Both the position numbers and the translations under genes were made by a program. A stretch of DNA of 63,244 nucleotides, counting the filler, from Collodictyon triciliatum (taxonomy: Eukaryota), in NCBI GenBank assembly GCA_043381765.1. It is 5 parts of 5 records of this genome, joined end to end, with 100 filler letters (N's around TTAATTAATTAA, not from the genome) between each part and the next. Parts side by side here need not be neighbours in the genome. Positions count along the whole stretch, not along the records: positions 1 to 11,433 come from JBHJMP010001322.1; positions 11,534 to 30,472 come from JBHJMP010001323.1; 3 more parts are not named here. The stretch is one strand, 5' to 3'. The notes beneath the pieces were generated by a model. The model ran no database searches and had not been told where the DNA came from. It worked only from the letters and a program-made list of their open reading frames with translations. This document shows, piece by piece, positions 1 through 14,700 of the stretch (the stretch's first letter is position 1; the number at the start of each line of letters is the position of its first letter).

Positions 1-1
1 T

Positions 2-78
<77 letters not shown>

Positions 79-80
79 CA

Positions 81-3000
81 GATAATTGCGGGCTAAGCTG
101 CAAAATTCGGAAAATTACGTTTTATTTTTATTGTTTATCTTTCCCATACCGAGTTCGATTTTATGACAAAATTTACGACTAGTAAATCCGAACCATGAGA
201 TTCCTTTTTGCAAAGAAAATCACCCCTCTTCTTCAGAAAAAGGACCTTAAAGCAGCCTTCTTTTTTGTTTCATTTTTCAACAGAATGAAATGGTGCAAAG
301 GAAAGCCTTGATTCCATTAATGCACTTCTGCCAACGAGGACTTGTTGGGGCCCAGCATCAAGGTATGCGGGCTATTGCAAATCTGGCCGAGAATACTGCA
401 AATCAGGTTTATTTTTCATTTTTAAAGTAGTTTTCTTCCATTATTAGTCTCCAATATTCATCTTTCTTCAAGGACGAATTTGAAGCTCATTCTTTCCCTA
501 TCTACAAGGACAGGAATGTCCACGACAATTTTATGATTCATTTCCAAATCTATTTGTAGGTTGAGATGATCGATAAAGGGATATTACCTGTTGTGACAAA
601 GATGCTTTCGATGGATAACATAAAAATTCAGATTGAAGCGGCAAGAGCTATCGTATTTTTCAGCGCGAATAGTACACATCTATTCTCTTTTCTAATGAAA
701 TGTCACAACCTCACTCTATCCCTTATGCACTCTTCTAATGGCTGTGGCATTTAGAATCCAACAAGGCTCGTTTGCTGAAGACCAAAGTATTGAACCAATT
801 GTTAAGTATGGCTAAAACGACTCAGAGTTTGGACTTGAAACAATATCTCGACCTCGGAATTTGCAATCTAACGATGGGAGGTTAATATTGTTTTATTAAA
901 TTGATATAATTTTAAAACACAAACCCGGTTGAATAATCAAGACCTTCTTAATATAAACTGATGATAAGTTACCTTTTTTTTCTTCGGAAAAATTCAATCT
1001 GCAGACGATTTCTCAAATGTCGAGTTCGTGGGCATGCACGCCGATATTTTGATGAGTGGTGTCAATTCGTCTTCAATCGTGCACCAGCGCTGGGCTTTGA
1101 AAGTTCTTGGAGACCTAATGAACAATAGTAGGGGAGTTTTTTTTTTACTGTCTCGTTTTCGTTTTCATTTTTGTTTTCATTTTTGTTTTCATTTTTGTTT
1201 TCATTTTTGTTTTCATTTTTGTTTTCATTTTTGTTTTCATTTTTGTTTTCGTTTTCATTAGACCTGAAAAATCAAGAGAAAATCGTTGCTGCTGTTGGCT
1301 GGCTCAAGATTCTTGATTTTGCAAAGTCTGACGATGTGGAAATTCTTCGTGAAATTGCACGTTGTTTGGAGCATCTGACGACAAATAGTGAGTGTTCGCC
1401 CAAATAACGACATTCCCAAGCAAATCTTTAGAAAATTCATTGTGCGATCTACTCCAAAATGGCGAATTACTCAATACTCATTTACACTTCTCTTAATCCT
1501 AGACAAAGAAAATCAAACCATAATAGTCGAAAAGGGTGGATTAGACTCCATCACCGAAATGGCAAAGTCAAATGATAGGAAAGTGCAACAGAAGGCTGAA
1601 ATCGTACTATGTAACTTAGCTTTTAATGGTAAAGTCATATATATTATGGATTCTAATCGACTTTGTAGATACACGGGAATGCTGTTTAAATTTAAATCGA
1701 GAATACATGATATTTATTCATTATCTGGATGACCTAACTATGAGATATCGGATGTATTATATACCGCAGATGAAAACAGGGCAAGAATTTTGCAGGCTGG
1801 TGGGACAAGAGCTCTTATAGCCATCGCAAGGGTTGCAAAGTCAACTCCTCTTCAATTATGGGCAGCAACATGTCTCTCAGACTTTGCAGACAAAGGTTTC
1901 ATCATTCATCATGATCCAGGAGTATATCCCGATACACATATTTTGTTTTTATGTATATTTTGAAGTTCTTTCTCAATTTAAGCAATTAAGACCCTAACCT
2001 ATCAAATGTCTAGGAGAAACATTCTGCACTGAGATTACATCCCAATCCGGTTTATTTCCACTATTAAAGCTATCATCTCCTCAAATTGACCAATCAGTTC
2101 GCTTTCAAACAACGCGCTGCTTCGCTCGTCTCTCAACAATTAAGGGTAAATCATATGTGAATTCATTTTACTCGATTTAGATGTATAATATCGAATCTTT
2201 TATTTATCAAGGGAATATTCTTAACCTCTTCACCGGAATGTATCATCTTAAATCTGACTCTTTTTATTTATTATTTTCTATGGAAATAAATGTGTTTATT
2301 AATATCCATATATATTTCGTCTCAAACACCCAGAGACGCAAAGACAGATGAAAGAAGAGGAGGTTCTAGTGAGTACCCTGAGCCTGATTGATGAGTGGTT
2401 CTGCTCGCGCTCAACAGATACAGACGCCTCGCTCTTCAATATGATTAAGACGTTCTCTCATTTGTCTGAAAACGGTTGCCTTTTATTCTATTTCTATTTC
2501 TATTTCTATTTCTATTTCTATTTCTATTTCTATTTCTATTTCTATTTCTATTTCTATTTCTATTTCTATTTCTATTTCTATTTCTATTTCTATTTCTATT
2601 TCTATTTCTATTTCTATTTCTACTCTTAATTCATTCTTGGTCTTATTGGTTCATATTTTTTCTTGTATATTGAAATTTGCGGATATAACCCATTAGGTTT
2701 TATACATTAGAATTTATTCGAAAATCCAAAACAACAGTAATCGAGTAAATGAATGAATCTATATAGTTATTCAAGGATTAAGGCTGACTATTATTTCTTA
2801 ATAGACTTAAATAAACTCGATATTGGGGAAGAAAGCTACTTGAGTCTAATACTTCGCTTGCTCAACGGAAGTCTACCGCATGACTCATATCTCGACGTAC
2901 TGAGATGTGTGGTCAATATATCCACCTCATGTCAGTATTAACAATTGCTTTAGGAGCTCTTGTGACATGAATATCTTAACTATAATTATCAAACTAATGA

Positions 3001-6000
3001 TATTTTGAGAACGAGTCTGTAGTGATTTTTAGTTAAAGCATTCTTTCTTTATGGTTTGCCCTGTATTAAAAGAGATCTGATGACATGCAGATGAAAATCT
3101 CCAAAAAATTTGTGCTGCAAAAATCACCAGCTATTTAATCGGAATAATTAGCAGTCCTGATGAAGTTGTCACGGAGTTGGTTAGAATGGCGCTCGGCAAT
3201 ATCGGAGAGGACGGTACAATACATCTATTTCTTAATATTTAATTCTTTTTTATTCTAGTAAATATAGTCATGTAGGAATGTCCAAACAATCAAGTTGAAC
3301 TATCAATGAGTTTTTCTCGGCTACTAATTTATTGCATATGAACAACCATGTCAGTTTCATCTATTAGTATTAATGATAGTATTATTGCGTCACCAGAATC
3401 CAATAGAAAGGAGATGTATGATGAAGGATACATCCCGCTTATGCTATTCCTATCTCCCTTGGAAAGCCCCATCATAAAGAAATGGGTTATATCGATATTC
3501 CTAAACTTAGCAAAGTCACGTAATCCTTATTACATATTCGCTATTTTTAATTTGTTGTTATTGCAACAATTGAGATATTACCAGACGGGCACGTGAGTCA
3601 CATTTTTTTTCTATGGATACAGGGCCGACGCGTCTTTCTGTTTGTAAGAAAAACATTTTTGATGTCGTCATGCAACTTCTACACCATGGTTCGACTGCAT
3701 TTTCATGGAGCATCGAATATATATTTATATGCTATAAGCATCTAATTTTTTATGCTTCAGAATGCTTAAGGGTTTATGATAAATTGTAAAATGGATTAAG
3801 TAGTTCGAAATGGTCATACAAAAAAGACACAATAAAATTTTCTCCTGAAATTTAATTGGTATATAGATCACCTTGACATTGTTCTTCTTTGTGTCGAATT
3901 TTTCACTCAAGTGGCTGAAGAGCCTGTCATTCAAGAGTTTGTTTATTTTCTTATAATTAAGCATGCTTTCAATCTCACACTTGCCCATACAAAAAGTGAG
4001 TTTTCCTTGCACTCAATTGTTGAGTTATCATCCCCACTAGACCTATAAGCGCTATGTGATAAAAAAAACATTAATTTATCTTCTGTCCACATTACTTCAC
4101 CTCCTGTTTTTATGTCTCCAATCAGGTGGGTCGGTGCTGTAGATTTGTTTCCAATGCTTCATAAGCTACTTCTAGAGTCAGATGAGTCTACTAGTACGAA
4201 TATGGCCACGGTGGTCACAAAATTCTGTAAATTCACAAACAATCAGACCTTTTGGATGACCACTGATACAGTCTCATGGTTCTTAGGTTTATATAATAGC
4301 TGCATTTCACTTCAATTATGCTTTCTCTTCTCTTCATCCATCATAAGGAAGGATTTTTTCTCTGAAATTTTCTTCGCCCAACTGAAGTTCAACATTTTGG
4401 TTAAAGTAGCGTGAAATTTCTCCCTAATCTTCATAATCTCCACAATCAAATATATACTGTCACACAGCCAAACTGGTTGAAAATAACAAAACACTCATCG
4501 GGTTTTCCATGGAGATTTTCTACCTTTTTATGTTTGAGGGTAAATTTTAGTGTCATTATTTTAGTAGCATTCTTAAACGGTCCATAAATGCGCCCTCGTT
4601 AACTGTGATATTTATGTTCTGCATTCTAATCGTGAGTATTCTTTTCAGCTCATCATCTACCTTTTATCGCTCGAAGCGGCCTTCTTGATGTCATCAAAAG
4701 CAACCTAGCTCAATACCCAATACACATTCAGCGAGAATTGTGTCGATTTATGCGTATTATATCTACACACGGTAATACCAAACGTCATTTCAATTATTTT
4801 ATTTGAAGTACACTGTACATTCGGCCGGTTGGCTTCGTGGTATGAGGCTAATCCTGCAATGCCCTTCTGAATTATTATTTTATTTTCAATCCTTGGTCTC
4901 TACATAACCCTCAGTCGAAAACCGCCCATTGTTCATGGAGGCAGATATGTTTGAATTATTAGTTGTCCTCTCGAGTCATTCTGGTATGTGGCAGTTTTAC
5001 ATCAACAAAAATATTTAAGGAACTACTTACCATTTGTATTTATATGCATATGTTCATTGTTTGTAGATTTCGTCATCCAAGGAGAATCAAATTTGACGTT
5101 CTTCATCTTGGCTCGGAATGCAGACTTCCAGGAATATTTAAGACAAACAAATTCTTACAGGGCCATTATGTCTGTAATTCGCGGTACTTATATTCAAAAA
5201 CATCGGTTGCCGCTGACTGAGGAGTTTGAAATCAAGTTTGGCCTTTTTACTCACTCAATATTCCTGAATATATATACCTTCTCAAAGACTCCATCTGCTG
5301 GCGATTACTGATCTAATAAATTTAAAAATACATTTTCAGAGAGTACTCGAGCATCCTAGTTGATAAGGTAAGCTTCATCATTTCAAATTTTGTAGTTATG
5401 ATAGTCGAAGAAGAAAAAAAAATCTCGCAATAAAGTAAGTTCTTCCTAATGTGTTTAATAAACATCTACAGGCTGTTGCGACATATTACACCATCAATTC
5501 GACTGAATTCGACATTGCCTACGTACTCGAAGCATCCCTGCTAACAGTGGTTCCAATTCAATATAAATACTTTCCTCTTCTCGCATCCAACCAATACGCT
5601 GACAGTGACTTTATTCAAGTCATGCATTACTGGTCTATAGACCTTCTTGCAGACATGGCCAATTTAGGTAATTCTTAATCGCATTTTCTCAAGCCCATAA
5701 CCGAATGTCTATCTCTTGATCACAAAAAGAAAGGAAAAAATGCATATGGATCAACGGTTTACTCAAATAATATGCCATTTTAGCGCAAAATATGGAGAAA
5801 ACTCTGGAGAGTGGTGATTACGAATATATTCGATGGATTTTTCACGGTAAATGAGTCATTGATTTTTATATGTATTTGCCGTGAATGTTAGGACGAGAAC
5901 CGCTTATCTTACCATTTACGCTTGATAGTTTCTAATAAGAGTTTTTTTTAAAAAAAAAATAATCTAGATTATCCTCAAGATGAAAGAAAAAATGCTGCGT

Positions 6001-8744
6001 TTCGCCTTTTCTCGAATCTGTCGCTAAATGGTAGTTTTTCGTTGTTCTTTTTTAAAAATAATAATAATAATAATTTGCTTTCATTATAATGAGCATTCGA
6101 TTATTTGGACATCTCTTATTGCTTTTCAGTTGAAGGTTTCCCCTTAATTATTGAATTTTAGAAACAAATACCGTGAGCATTCTAGCGGATGACTCCTTTT
6201 CCATCATTGTGAGTCACATGAGAGAAAATTCCCGTGAACATCATAGACGTTCTATACTGCAGGAGCTCCTCACAAGAATAGCCAGTTTTGGTAAATAAAT
6301 TATTAGATCATGCACGTTGTTTTTTGAGCCATTCATATTCTCTTTTTCAAAAGCGTCTCTGGTTAAATTTATTTAATATACATTGTCTTTCGAGGACTTA
6401 TCATTTTTATTGATTATTATTTAACCGACAATAGTGTGCAACAGAGAACAGTTGATTAGAGATGGATGGTTCCCATTACTCCTGTTCCTTTTGGAATCCT
6501 TTTCCCCCTCGATTCAACTCTGGGCCATGTCGTCCATAAATGTTCGCATGGATGAATGTGAGTTGGATTATTCCGTTAAGTGCAAGAATCTTTGCACACC
6601 GCTTTTCTTTTTCCTTTTTTTTTTTCCTTTTTTTTCCTTTTTTTTCCTTTTTTTTCCTTTTTTTTTCTTGCTTTAAAAAAATCCACCTCAGAAAGATTCG
6701 ACCATGGACTTTCCCTATCTAACCGAAAAACTCGTAAAACATTTCCCAGTATTGTATAGAAAGGATATCGTCACACTTAACGGCCTAAAGTCGATAACTG
6801 CGTTGATTGCCCATGATGACAACGACATAGTATTTGAAGTCGTTCATTCTCTTCGAAAAATATCGGACAGAAGTAATTTATCTAATACTATTGATTTTGA
6901 GTGAACATGTAATCTCCTTTCATGGATTCTGAGTTATAATTCAAAAAATATGTAGACGATTCTTTCCAAAGATTTGTTGCAGAGCATGGAATGATACCAC
7001 ATGTTTTACGTTATTGTCAATCATCGAACGAAAACTTACTTTTGCAAGCCAAAGAACTACTTTGCAACCTGTGTGAAAATGGTCTGCTACACATGGAATA
7101 TAATACAAATATGAATATATGCTGTTATGATATTTTTGAGGCGACACTCCTTTAAATCTTGATTTCGCTCACTCACAGAGGCGAATAAATTTGAAGTCAT
7201 CGAACGAGGAGGGACATTAGCCGTTCTTTGGGTTTCTACATTTTCGCCAAAGGCACCTCTTCAGGTATGGGCCACAAACCATTTCCGGCAGGTATCCGAA
7301 TCTATCGATGGAAGAGCACTTCTCAATCAAATACTGTCACTGGAGCATATTATGAGGTCTTTATTACCAAATTTGTATTGAAGCGAATTGCATTTCAAAG
7401 TACACTTTCGATTGCTTATANNNNNNNNNNNNNNNNNNNNNNNNNNNNNNNNNNNNNNNNNNNNNNNNNNNNNNNNNNNNNNNNNNNNNNNNNNNNNNNN
7501 NNNNNNNNNNNNNNNNNNNNNNNNNNNNNNNNNNNNNNNNNNNNNNNNNNNNNNNNNNNNNNNNNNNNNNNNNNNNNNNNNNNNNNNNNNNNNNNNNNNN
7601 NNNNNNNNNNNNNNNNNNNNNNNNNNNNNNNNNNNNNNNNNNNNNNNNNNNNNNNNNNNNNNNNNNNNNNNNNNNNNNNNNNNNNNNNNNNNNNNNNNNN
7701 NNNNNNNNNNNNNNNNNNNNNNNNNNNNNNNNNNNNNNNNNNNNNNNNNNNNNNNNNNNNNNNNNNNNNNNNNNNNNNNNNNNNNNNNNNNNNNNNNNNN
7801 NNNNNNNNNNNNNNNNNNNNNNNNNNNNNNNNNNNNNNNNNNNNNNNNNNNNNNNNNNNNNNNNNNNNNNNNNNNNNNNNNNNNNNNNNNNNNNNNNNNN
7901 NNNNNNNNNNNNNNNNNNNNNNNNNNNNNNNNNNNNNNNNNNNNNNNNNNNNNNNNNNNAACTTGCCTCGTTGGAACCCCATCCACTTCTGCCTATGACC
8001 GATGGCACTGTTCAAGGGCAAGGTGTGTACACCTATTTTTATATTGCACTACTTATACCCAACTTGTAGCTTTCTTGTTCATTTCCCTGCCTCGGAATTG
8101 AGTTTGTTTACCAAAATTGAAATATCACAGGAATATTATATTTATACCTATTAATGCGTGATGAATATGTTGTAGGGTTGGTGCCTTCTGCAATAGGGAT
8201 ATCCAAAGCCATTGAGCTGGAACAAAATCGTCCTGCCTCACCCGTTGATTTGCAGACGAGTCGCAGGTATTTCAATCTTTCATTTTCAACACTGTGCTAT
8301 ACCGAATTATTCAGCGAATCGTGGAAAACAGTCTCCCAGTCGAGCCATCGGCAAAATGGGGAGGAACGCGCCCCCCAAGAAGAAAGTACAGTCTTGAAAG
8401 TGCTCCACAGCCGGAAAGGATGCATTCTGGGTATGTTTAAAAAATGGTGTGTGCTTGTTGAAAATAATTATGGAGGTATGAATTTGTTTTGTCTGCTAAC
8501 GAATGCATATTCCCACCAGGTCGGTTACAAGTGCATCTGACAACGCGGATGAGACTGAATCAATTCAGTATGCTTTGGTGTTACATCCTGTTATACAAAA
8601 TAGAAATTATGTAATGGAACGTGATTGTGTCTAGATTTAAAGCATTTATCTAATTATTTTTCTTATTTTTCTTATCTCTTCCTCTTCAAGCTCCAATGGC
8701 GACCCCGACCAACAATCTGTTCTATAATGTTCATATGTCCATAG
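81..8744 (+). CDS. Multi-exon armadillo (ARM)-repeat protein, Vac8-like; ends approximate, interrupted by an N gap
   Basis: Exon translations such as KALIPLMHFCQRGLVGAQHQGMRAIANLAENTANQ, MIDKGILPVVTKMLSMDNIKIQIEAARAIVFFSAN, NQTIIVEKGGLDSITEMAKSNDRKVQQKAEIVLCNLAFN are repeated ARM units separated by GT-AG introns. Confidence 0.75.
1166..1257. repeat. 12-bp tandem repeat (TTTTTGTTTTCA)n, intronic
   Basis: Seen directly; produces spurious FHFC/FSFL ORFs. Confidence 0.9.
2487..2621. repeat. (TATTTC)n microsatellite, intronic
   Basis: Seen directly. Confidence 0.95.
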
Positions 8745-9134
8745 ACACAAATCGAAAAAAGAAAACGTTATTCAGTTCATGGAACTCTATTTAGATTGGT
8801 TGGTGGTTCTAAAATCTAAGTAGATAAAAAAGATGAAAACTTTAACATCCATCCAACGTGCTGTAATTGACGCTTTAAATTGTTTTTTGTTTTTGTTTTT
8901 GTAAAAATGATATAAACCTCTGATATCCCATCTAGCATATGAAAACTAGCTCTCCCTTTTTTTTTCCAGCAGATTGATTTATAGCCTTTCATTCTCATTC
9001 TGGATGCCTTTTTATTCTCCCAATTCTTCGAGTGATAAGGTGGTGGTGTGTGAATACTTGTAATCACTTTCTAATCTCGTCGACTGTTTCAACCGCCATA
9101 TATGATAGAAGAAATAGGTTGTATTTTGTTTGTT

Positions 9135-10007
9135 CTAAACCATTAAGAATGGGATAGTGAGGAAAATCATCATGGCTGACAAGACTGTCATCGGAGTTGC
9201 AGCTCCACTTGTTTTCGGGACGGATTCTGTGAGGAATTTAATAAAGAGAAACGCGTGGAGCATGATAATATATTAGTTTAGTGGCACTTTGTACGCGACA
9301 GCCTAGTTTAGATATAAATCATGTATAATTCATTGTGTTGTTTATAAATATTCTTGTTGGGCATGGCCCTATTGATATCATTATTGATTTTTTTTTCTTT
9401 TTTATTTTTTTCGAACTGATTCCTCTGCAAATTTTGTTATATTAAAAGAGGAGAAAAAAAAAAGGAAAGAGTCACATACGAAGCTCCTGAAGGTTTCCAG
9501 AGAGTGTGGTGGTGGGGTTGACGCCACTGACGACGGTGACCTTGGCGTTTCCGTTCTTGATGCTGGTTTGGTCAGAACTGGGAAGAGTACCAGCGGAATA
9601 GAAAACACCCTGCATATTTTGGCTAGAAGACATTTGCATTATGGATTGGAAAAAAAAAACGCTTTGCCTTTCCAATCAAATATATATTAATATTTATGTA
9701 TTCGAACTCAAATCTGAAAAAAAAAAACATGGTAAGGGTTACATGGATTGAAGGTAAAAATCAAGAAAATCAACATAATTTGTGTCGTTGATTTGTGCCA
9801 TGAGAAATTATCGTACTTCATCGTAAAGAGAGTTTTGCTGTCGGTTGATGCAGTTGCAGCAGCACTCTTTGTCATATTATGGACAACATAGGATGTATAT
9901 CCACCTGTGGAGTTGAGGGATACAAACGCGATGCCAGTGGAGTACTTTGTGTCGGCAGGAGGATTTGAGACCGTGTTCGTGATGGTTGAGACAAAGTATC
10001 TAATCTG

Positions 10008-10043
<36 letters not shown>

Positions 10044-10044
10044 T

Positions 10045-10095
<51 letters not shown>

Positions 10096-11158
10096 AGAAG
10101 AGTGCATATGATTATGTTTTATGTCCAAATATTTTACAAATAGTGTATGGGAAAAAAAGGTTCACTCGAAGAATATTACTGCCAGTATTCTGATTCGTAA
10201 GAAGAGTACAGATTGGTGTTATTATACTCATTTTCTTTAGAGTGAGGCAGTTTTTTAATTTTTTTTTTTTTTGCACAAACCTGAAGCAGATTGTTGGAGC
10301 AACGGGCCACGAATAGCAAAGTTCTGGTTGCCTGAGCTCTTGCCATTCAGCTGGACGTAGTACTTGCCATTGCGGATGTTGTCCTCGTCGGACGACTTGA
10401 GCTTCAAATCACCACTGACTGGCAGGTTGACATTGCTGTCACTAAACACCACAGGGCCAGTCTTGCCGGCGGAGAGAAATTTTAATTGACCGCACTCACA
10501 GTTCTTTATCTATTTTCCTCTTCTTTCTTGTCTTTCCATTTTCTATCTTGAATGGCGGATGAAAATATTGCTGGTTGTCCCTCTGGCTCGGGGTTGCGCA
10601 AAATATGCCATCAAAAGGGACAGGTGGATAAGGTGATTGCGTTTATGTTTTTTTCCCCCTTTTAATCACTCTTTGTTTTGAGGTTGTGAGGGGAACAAAG
10701 GCTCTATTCAGATTCGACATGGGATTTTGTCTTTCCTTTTCTTCTAAAAAACGAAAATAAAAATACCTGGGTAATGTCGCTGGGGTTTGTCACCGGCCCA
10801 CGGATTTCCATGGATTGGTAAGTGACGTTCACAAAAACTGCATGGACAAGATAACGCAGCTTATCATCGCTTGGGATAAAGTCAAACAAACCAAGCCCAG
10901 TGGATGGTGTATTTTGTGCGCCTAGTTTGATGGCAAGTTGTTTAGGAAAGCTTCATGTCACCACCATGCGTGATATATTAATTTGCAAGTGATGAAGGCG
11001 CGTTCGGTCAAAGAGTAAGTGGTAAGAAAGGGAACACGCATACCGATTATGGACGTGTGAGTCCAAGAGTGATTAGGAACTGACATCGCAGAGGCATAAG
11101 CAACGAGGAGCGAGAGTAGAAAGGCAGAGTTCTTGGCAATGTGAGTTGCTGATTGCAT
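9135..11158 (-). CDS. Secreted, probably GPI-anchored CHRD-like domain protein (multi-exon)
   Basis: N-terminal signal peptide (AFLLSLLVAYASA); CHRD-like segments TPSTGLGLFDF...LRYLV...MEIRGP...GPVVF...DNIRNGKYYVQL...AIRGPL, with a second divergent copy; C-terminus SGAATPMTVLSAMMIFLTIPFLMV* resembles a GPI signal. Confidence 0.6.
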
Positions 11159-11477
11159 GATGGCTCGAATGCTGAGATGGAGGAATGTATCTGGCACAAC
11201 ATAAATATGGTTATATGTATGCTGGAATGGTATCATTTATGTACGTGTGTGGTATCTGGATTCCCCAATCATCATTGGATTTGAAAAGTCATGTCATGAA
11301 TATGTGTGGGTATGACACAAATGCTCTTCACTTGCAATGAGCGTGGGTTCAACCGTTGATTGAGATGATACGCGACAAGCAACAAGATACAATCTTGCTC
11401 CCATGGTTCCCCTTCCTTACACTCTTTTTTTTTNNNNNNNNNNNNNNNNNNNNNNNNNNNNNNNNNNNNNNNNNNNN

Positions 11478-11489
11478 TTAATTAATTAA
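11478..11489. other. Artificial scaffold spacer TTAATTAATTAA flanked by 44 N on each side
   Basis: The identical 100-nt N/linker cassette occurs four times in the window. Confidence 0.95.
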
Positions 11490-11533
11490 NNNNNNNNNNN
11501 NNNNNNNNNNNNNNNNNNNNNNNNNNNNNNNNN

Positions 11534-11708
11534 CCATGCGTCTCTTATCAAGCCTCAAGGACCTCTCTTTTCCCTTTTTTCTTTATTTTTATCCCTGTTT
11601 TTTCTATCTCCCACACATCCCCACCTACTTTGGAACTACTTGCCTGATGGTTGATTGAAAGATTGTTGAGACGGGCTCAACAGCTAAGACTTTTAGAATA
11701 AAAAAAAA
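11534..11708 (+). mobile_element. Probable 3' end of a non-LTR retroelement (A-tailed)
   Basis: Ends ...GCTCAACAGCTAAGACTTTTAGAATAAAAAAAAA; the same 32 nt recur at 18055-18086 inside a 17-bp target-site duplication. Confidence 0.5.
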
Positions 11709-11726
11709 CGTTTTCAATATTTTTAT

Positions 11727-14700
11727 TCATTGTGACGTAAGGTCAGAAGATTTTTTCTTCAGATGTTTCATCTTGACCAATTTCTGTTTGATTTTGCCAC
11801 TTCTGATGAGGGGAATGACAAAAGCAATAAATGCAAAATAAAGCAACCACATTAAGTTCATTCCAATCAGTAAAACTGTAATCCACGATTGAGACTCAAA
11901 AAGAGTAGATATAAGTGATAGAAAGAAAGATAAAAGAATGATGTAGAGGCTGGACAGCTCCATTTGATTTTCAATTATCGAGTTATAAGGCTTGTATTCT
12001 TTTTGCATCCAAATTGAACCCTTAATAAAATTTTAATAATTTACTATGAAATATTTAAAACTTCGATATCACACCAAAATTATATGAATCAATTATACCT
12101 GAATAATTATAACGAGAAGTAGAAAGAAAACTGCCGGACTTGTATATGGAATAACACTCAGCACGAACGAAAAAGCGATGCGTCGGGCAATTATAACAAA
12201 CTCCCAATACTTGAAACTCTAGAAAAATGGATTTAATAAAGAATTTTTTTTGGCTCGCATGGGTATGGAATCGATTTATAAAGTCATTCAAGTACCTCTC
12301 TGTATGGCAAGTAAAGGAATCCATAACGTGCTCCTGGTTCATATCCAGGTTTTTCGACTATGACTCTCATTTTCCACAAAACAAAAGCTGGCAGACCGAC
12401 CAAGAAAAGAACAAAAACAGGGACAGATATTGAAATCATTTTTTGATACTGATCAGAAGCTGGGCTGCATTCAATCCAGGGCTTGAAATTCAAATACCAT
12501 TTATCCACACCTTCGTCATGAACAGTGCATCCAAAAACACCGAATACTTCCCTTGCAACCGAGTAGTATATAAAAAACAGAAGATTCAAGGTGATGAAAA
12601 CGGCCTATAAGAGTAGAATTATATTTTATTTATTTGTATGAAAAAATATAATCACCATTACTTATGTTATCAATACATACACTATCCTTACTTTGTTTTG
12701 TCTGTGACCGTGTCCAAAATAGTAGGTAGCTGAGCCAATGATGATAAATACAGGTATTCTTGCAAAACTAAAAATGAGAGAAACAAACACATCGTCTATT
12801 CCGAGGACACATGACAGGTTTGGATATTGGATTGAACTAATCGAAGATGAAACATCTATAAAGCTGTTTGTTTGTTCTGAATGAACGAGACCAGCAGAAA
12901 TAATCGACAGTGTTTGCATGTGGAACATGATTATCCTAAGTTTTGCTGAAAAATGTATCTATATTAGTACACTAATGATGATAACGAAAAACTTGCATAT
13001 TGAATTTACCTGATTTTGAAGTCTCTGTGTAATAGAGATAGCAAATGAACACGCAAAATCCAGTCGAACCAAGAATTATAGTTGAAAGAGTACCCGCTCC
13101 GTTGCATTTCGCACAGGACCTTCCTTCACTTCCATATCCGTTCTGACATTTAGAGCATGCATATCCTTCGTAACCCTCTTGACAAAGGTCTGTGATTTCG
13201 ACTGTCGCACTTGAATTCGAAATTTTCTTTGGAATCGATGCATCACATGACTCTGGTCGTGAACACGGTATTATTGATTTCACTGCAGTAATGTTTGGTG
13301 AAGCATAGCAGAATCTCAAAGACGTTCCATCAAGACATTCGCATCCGCTTGTACACCGAACACAATTATTTCCGAATCCAAAATAGCCAGGCAAGCATTT
13401 ACAAAATTCAAATTCATAGTATTCTGGATTCAAGTCAACATCCAATTCAATCAAACCAGATTTCGAAATAATCGAAGGACAAAGGTACAGCTTCGTCAAG
13501 TCTTGAAGATTGAAAGATATTGTAAAAGTCATGAAATCAGGAAGAAAATTACCTGCCCCACGATTCATTAATGTGTTTGTCAATCCCAAATACTCAAGCT
13601 TTGAAAACCCAAAATATGATTCAGGAATGCTTCCAACAATCGGATTGCCTGTAAGGTCAAGGGAACTCCATTTCAGTAGGTTTGTGAGTTCATCAAGAGC
13701 TTTGATATGGTTTCTTTTTAAGCTCAACGTTTTAACGTTAAGAACATATTGATATATCCTCCAATTTAGTTCTCCATAGAGCTTATTATCATCAAGCAAA
13801 AGGTTTTCATAGAAATAGTCATAATCTTTTGAAGATGGAACGATGAAAATACCAACATCTCCTGAAAATGTTGTTTCTCAAATCGATCGTAGCTAAATTT
13901 GGCAAATTCCAAAAGTAAATAGGCATAGTTCCAGAAAATTGATTATTTGATAAGACAAGCGATTTTAACTCTGTTAATTCCTGAAAACGTATAGGGACTG
14001 TGTCTTTCAATTTGTTCCAAGACAAATCCATGTATTTAATTGAAGGTAATTTCCAGTATTCAGGTATTGAGCCACTGATTTGGTTTTCGCTCACGTCTAA
14101 TCTAAAAAGATTTTCAAGATTGAACTCTGGCAATGTACCTGTCAGCTTGTTTCGGAACAATACTATTTCTTTGATATTTTCACAATATTCGAAATCTGGG
14201 ATTTCCCCCTCTAACTGATTCTCATAAGCAGAGAAAACCTCTAAATTCCTTATTTTGGAGAAGGTTGGAATTGTGCCTATAGTTTAAATCTAATAAGAGA
14301 GCCTTCGGGAATAACAAGAGAAAAATGTATCAAACTCACCATTTAATTTATTTTTGTCAAGGAAAATTCTTTTAACTTTTGGAATATTATCAAAGCTTGG
14401 AATTGTTCCTGTAATGCAAAGTTATATTCAACTAATGACATATTCAATAATTATAATAATTGCCTGTTTTTTCTTCTATTCGATTCAAAGTACATAATAA
14501 TTGCCTGTTAATTGATTACTCAGAAATGAAATTTTTTCGATATTCAGAATTCCTCTAAAGTTTGGAACTGTTCCTATAGTATGAATATAGTCATGCAATA
14601 ATATGAAAATAGATATGATACAATATGTATATTATAAATATTAAATTAATCCAAATAGTTACCTTTGAGTTGATTGTTATAAATGTCCAGCACTAAAATA

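Noticed and set aside
2348-2673. Low-complexity ORFs (FYFY, FLFL, YLFI, TNKQ, HSLT)
   Set aside because: Translations of microsatellites.
7228-8101. Long ORFs spanning N runs (also 21497-22776, 39088-39702, 55594-56511)
   Set aside because: Their length comes from untranslatable Ns.
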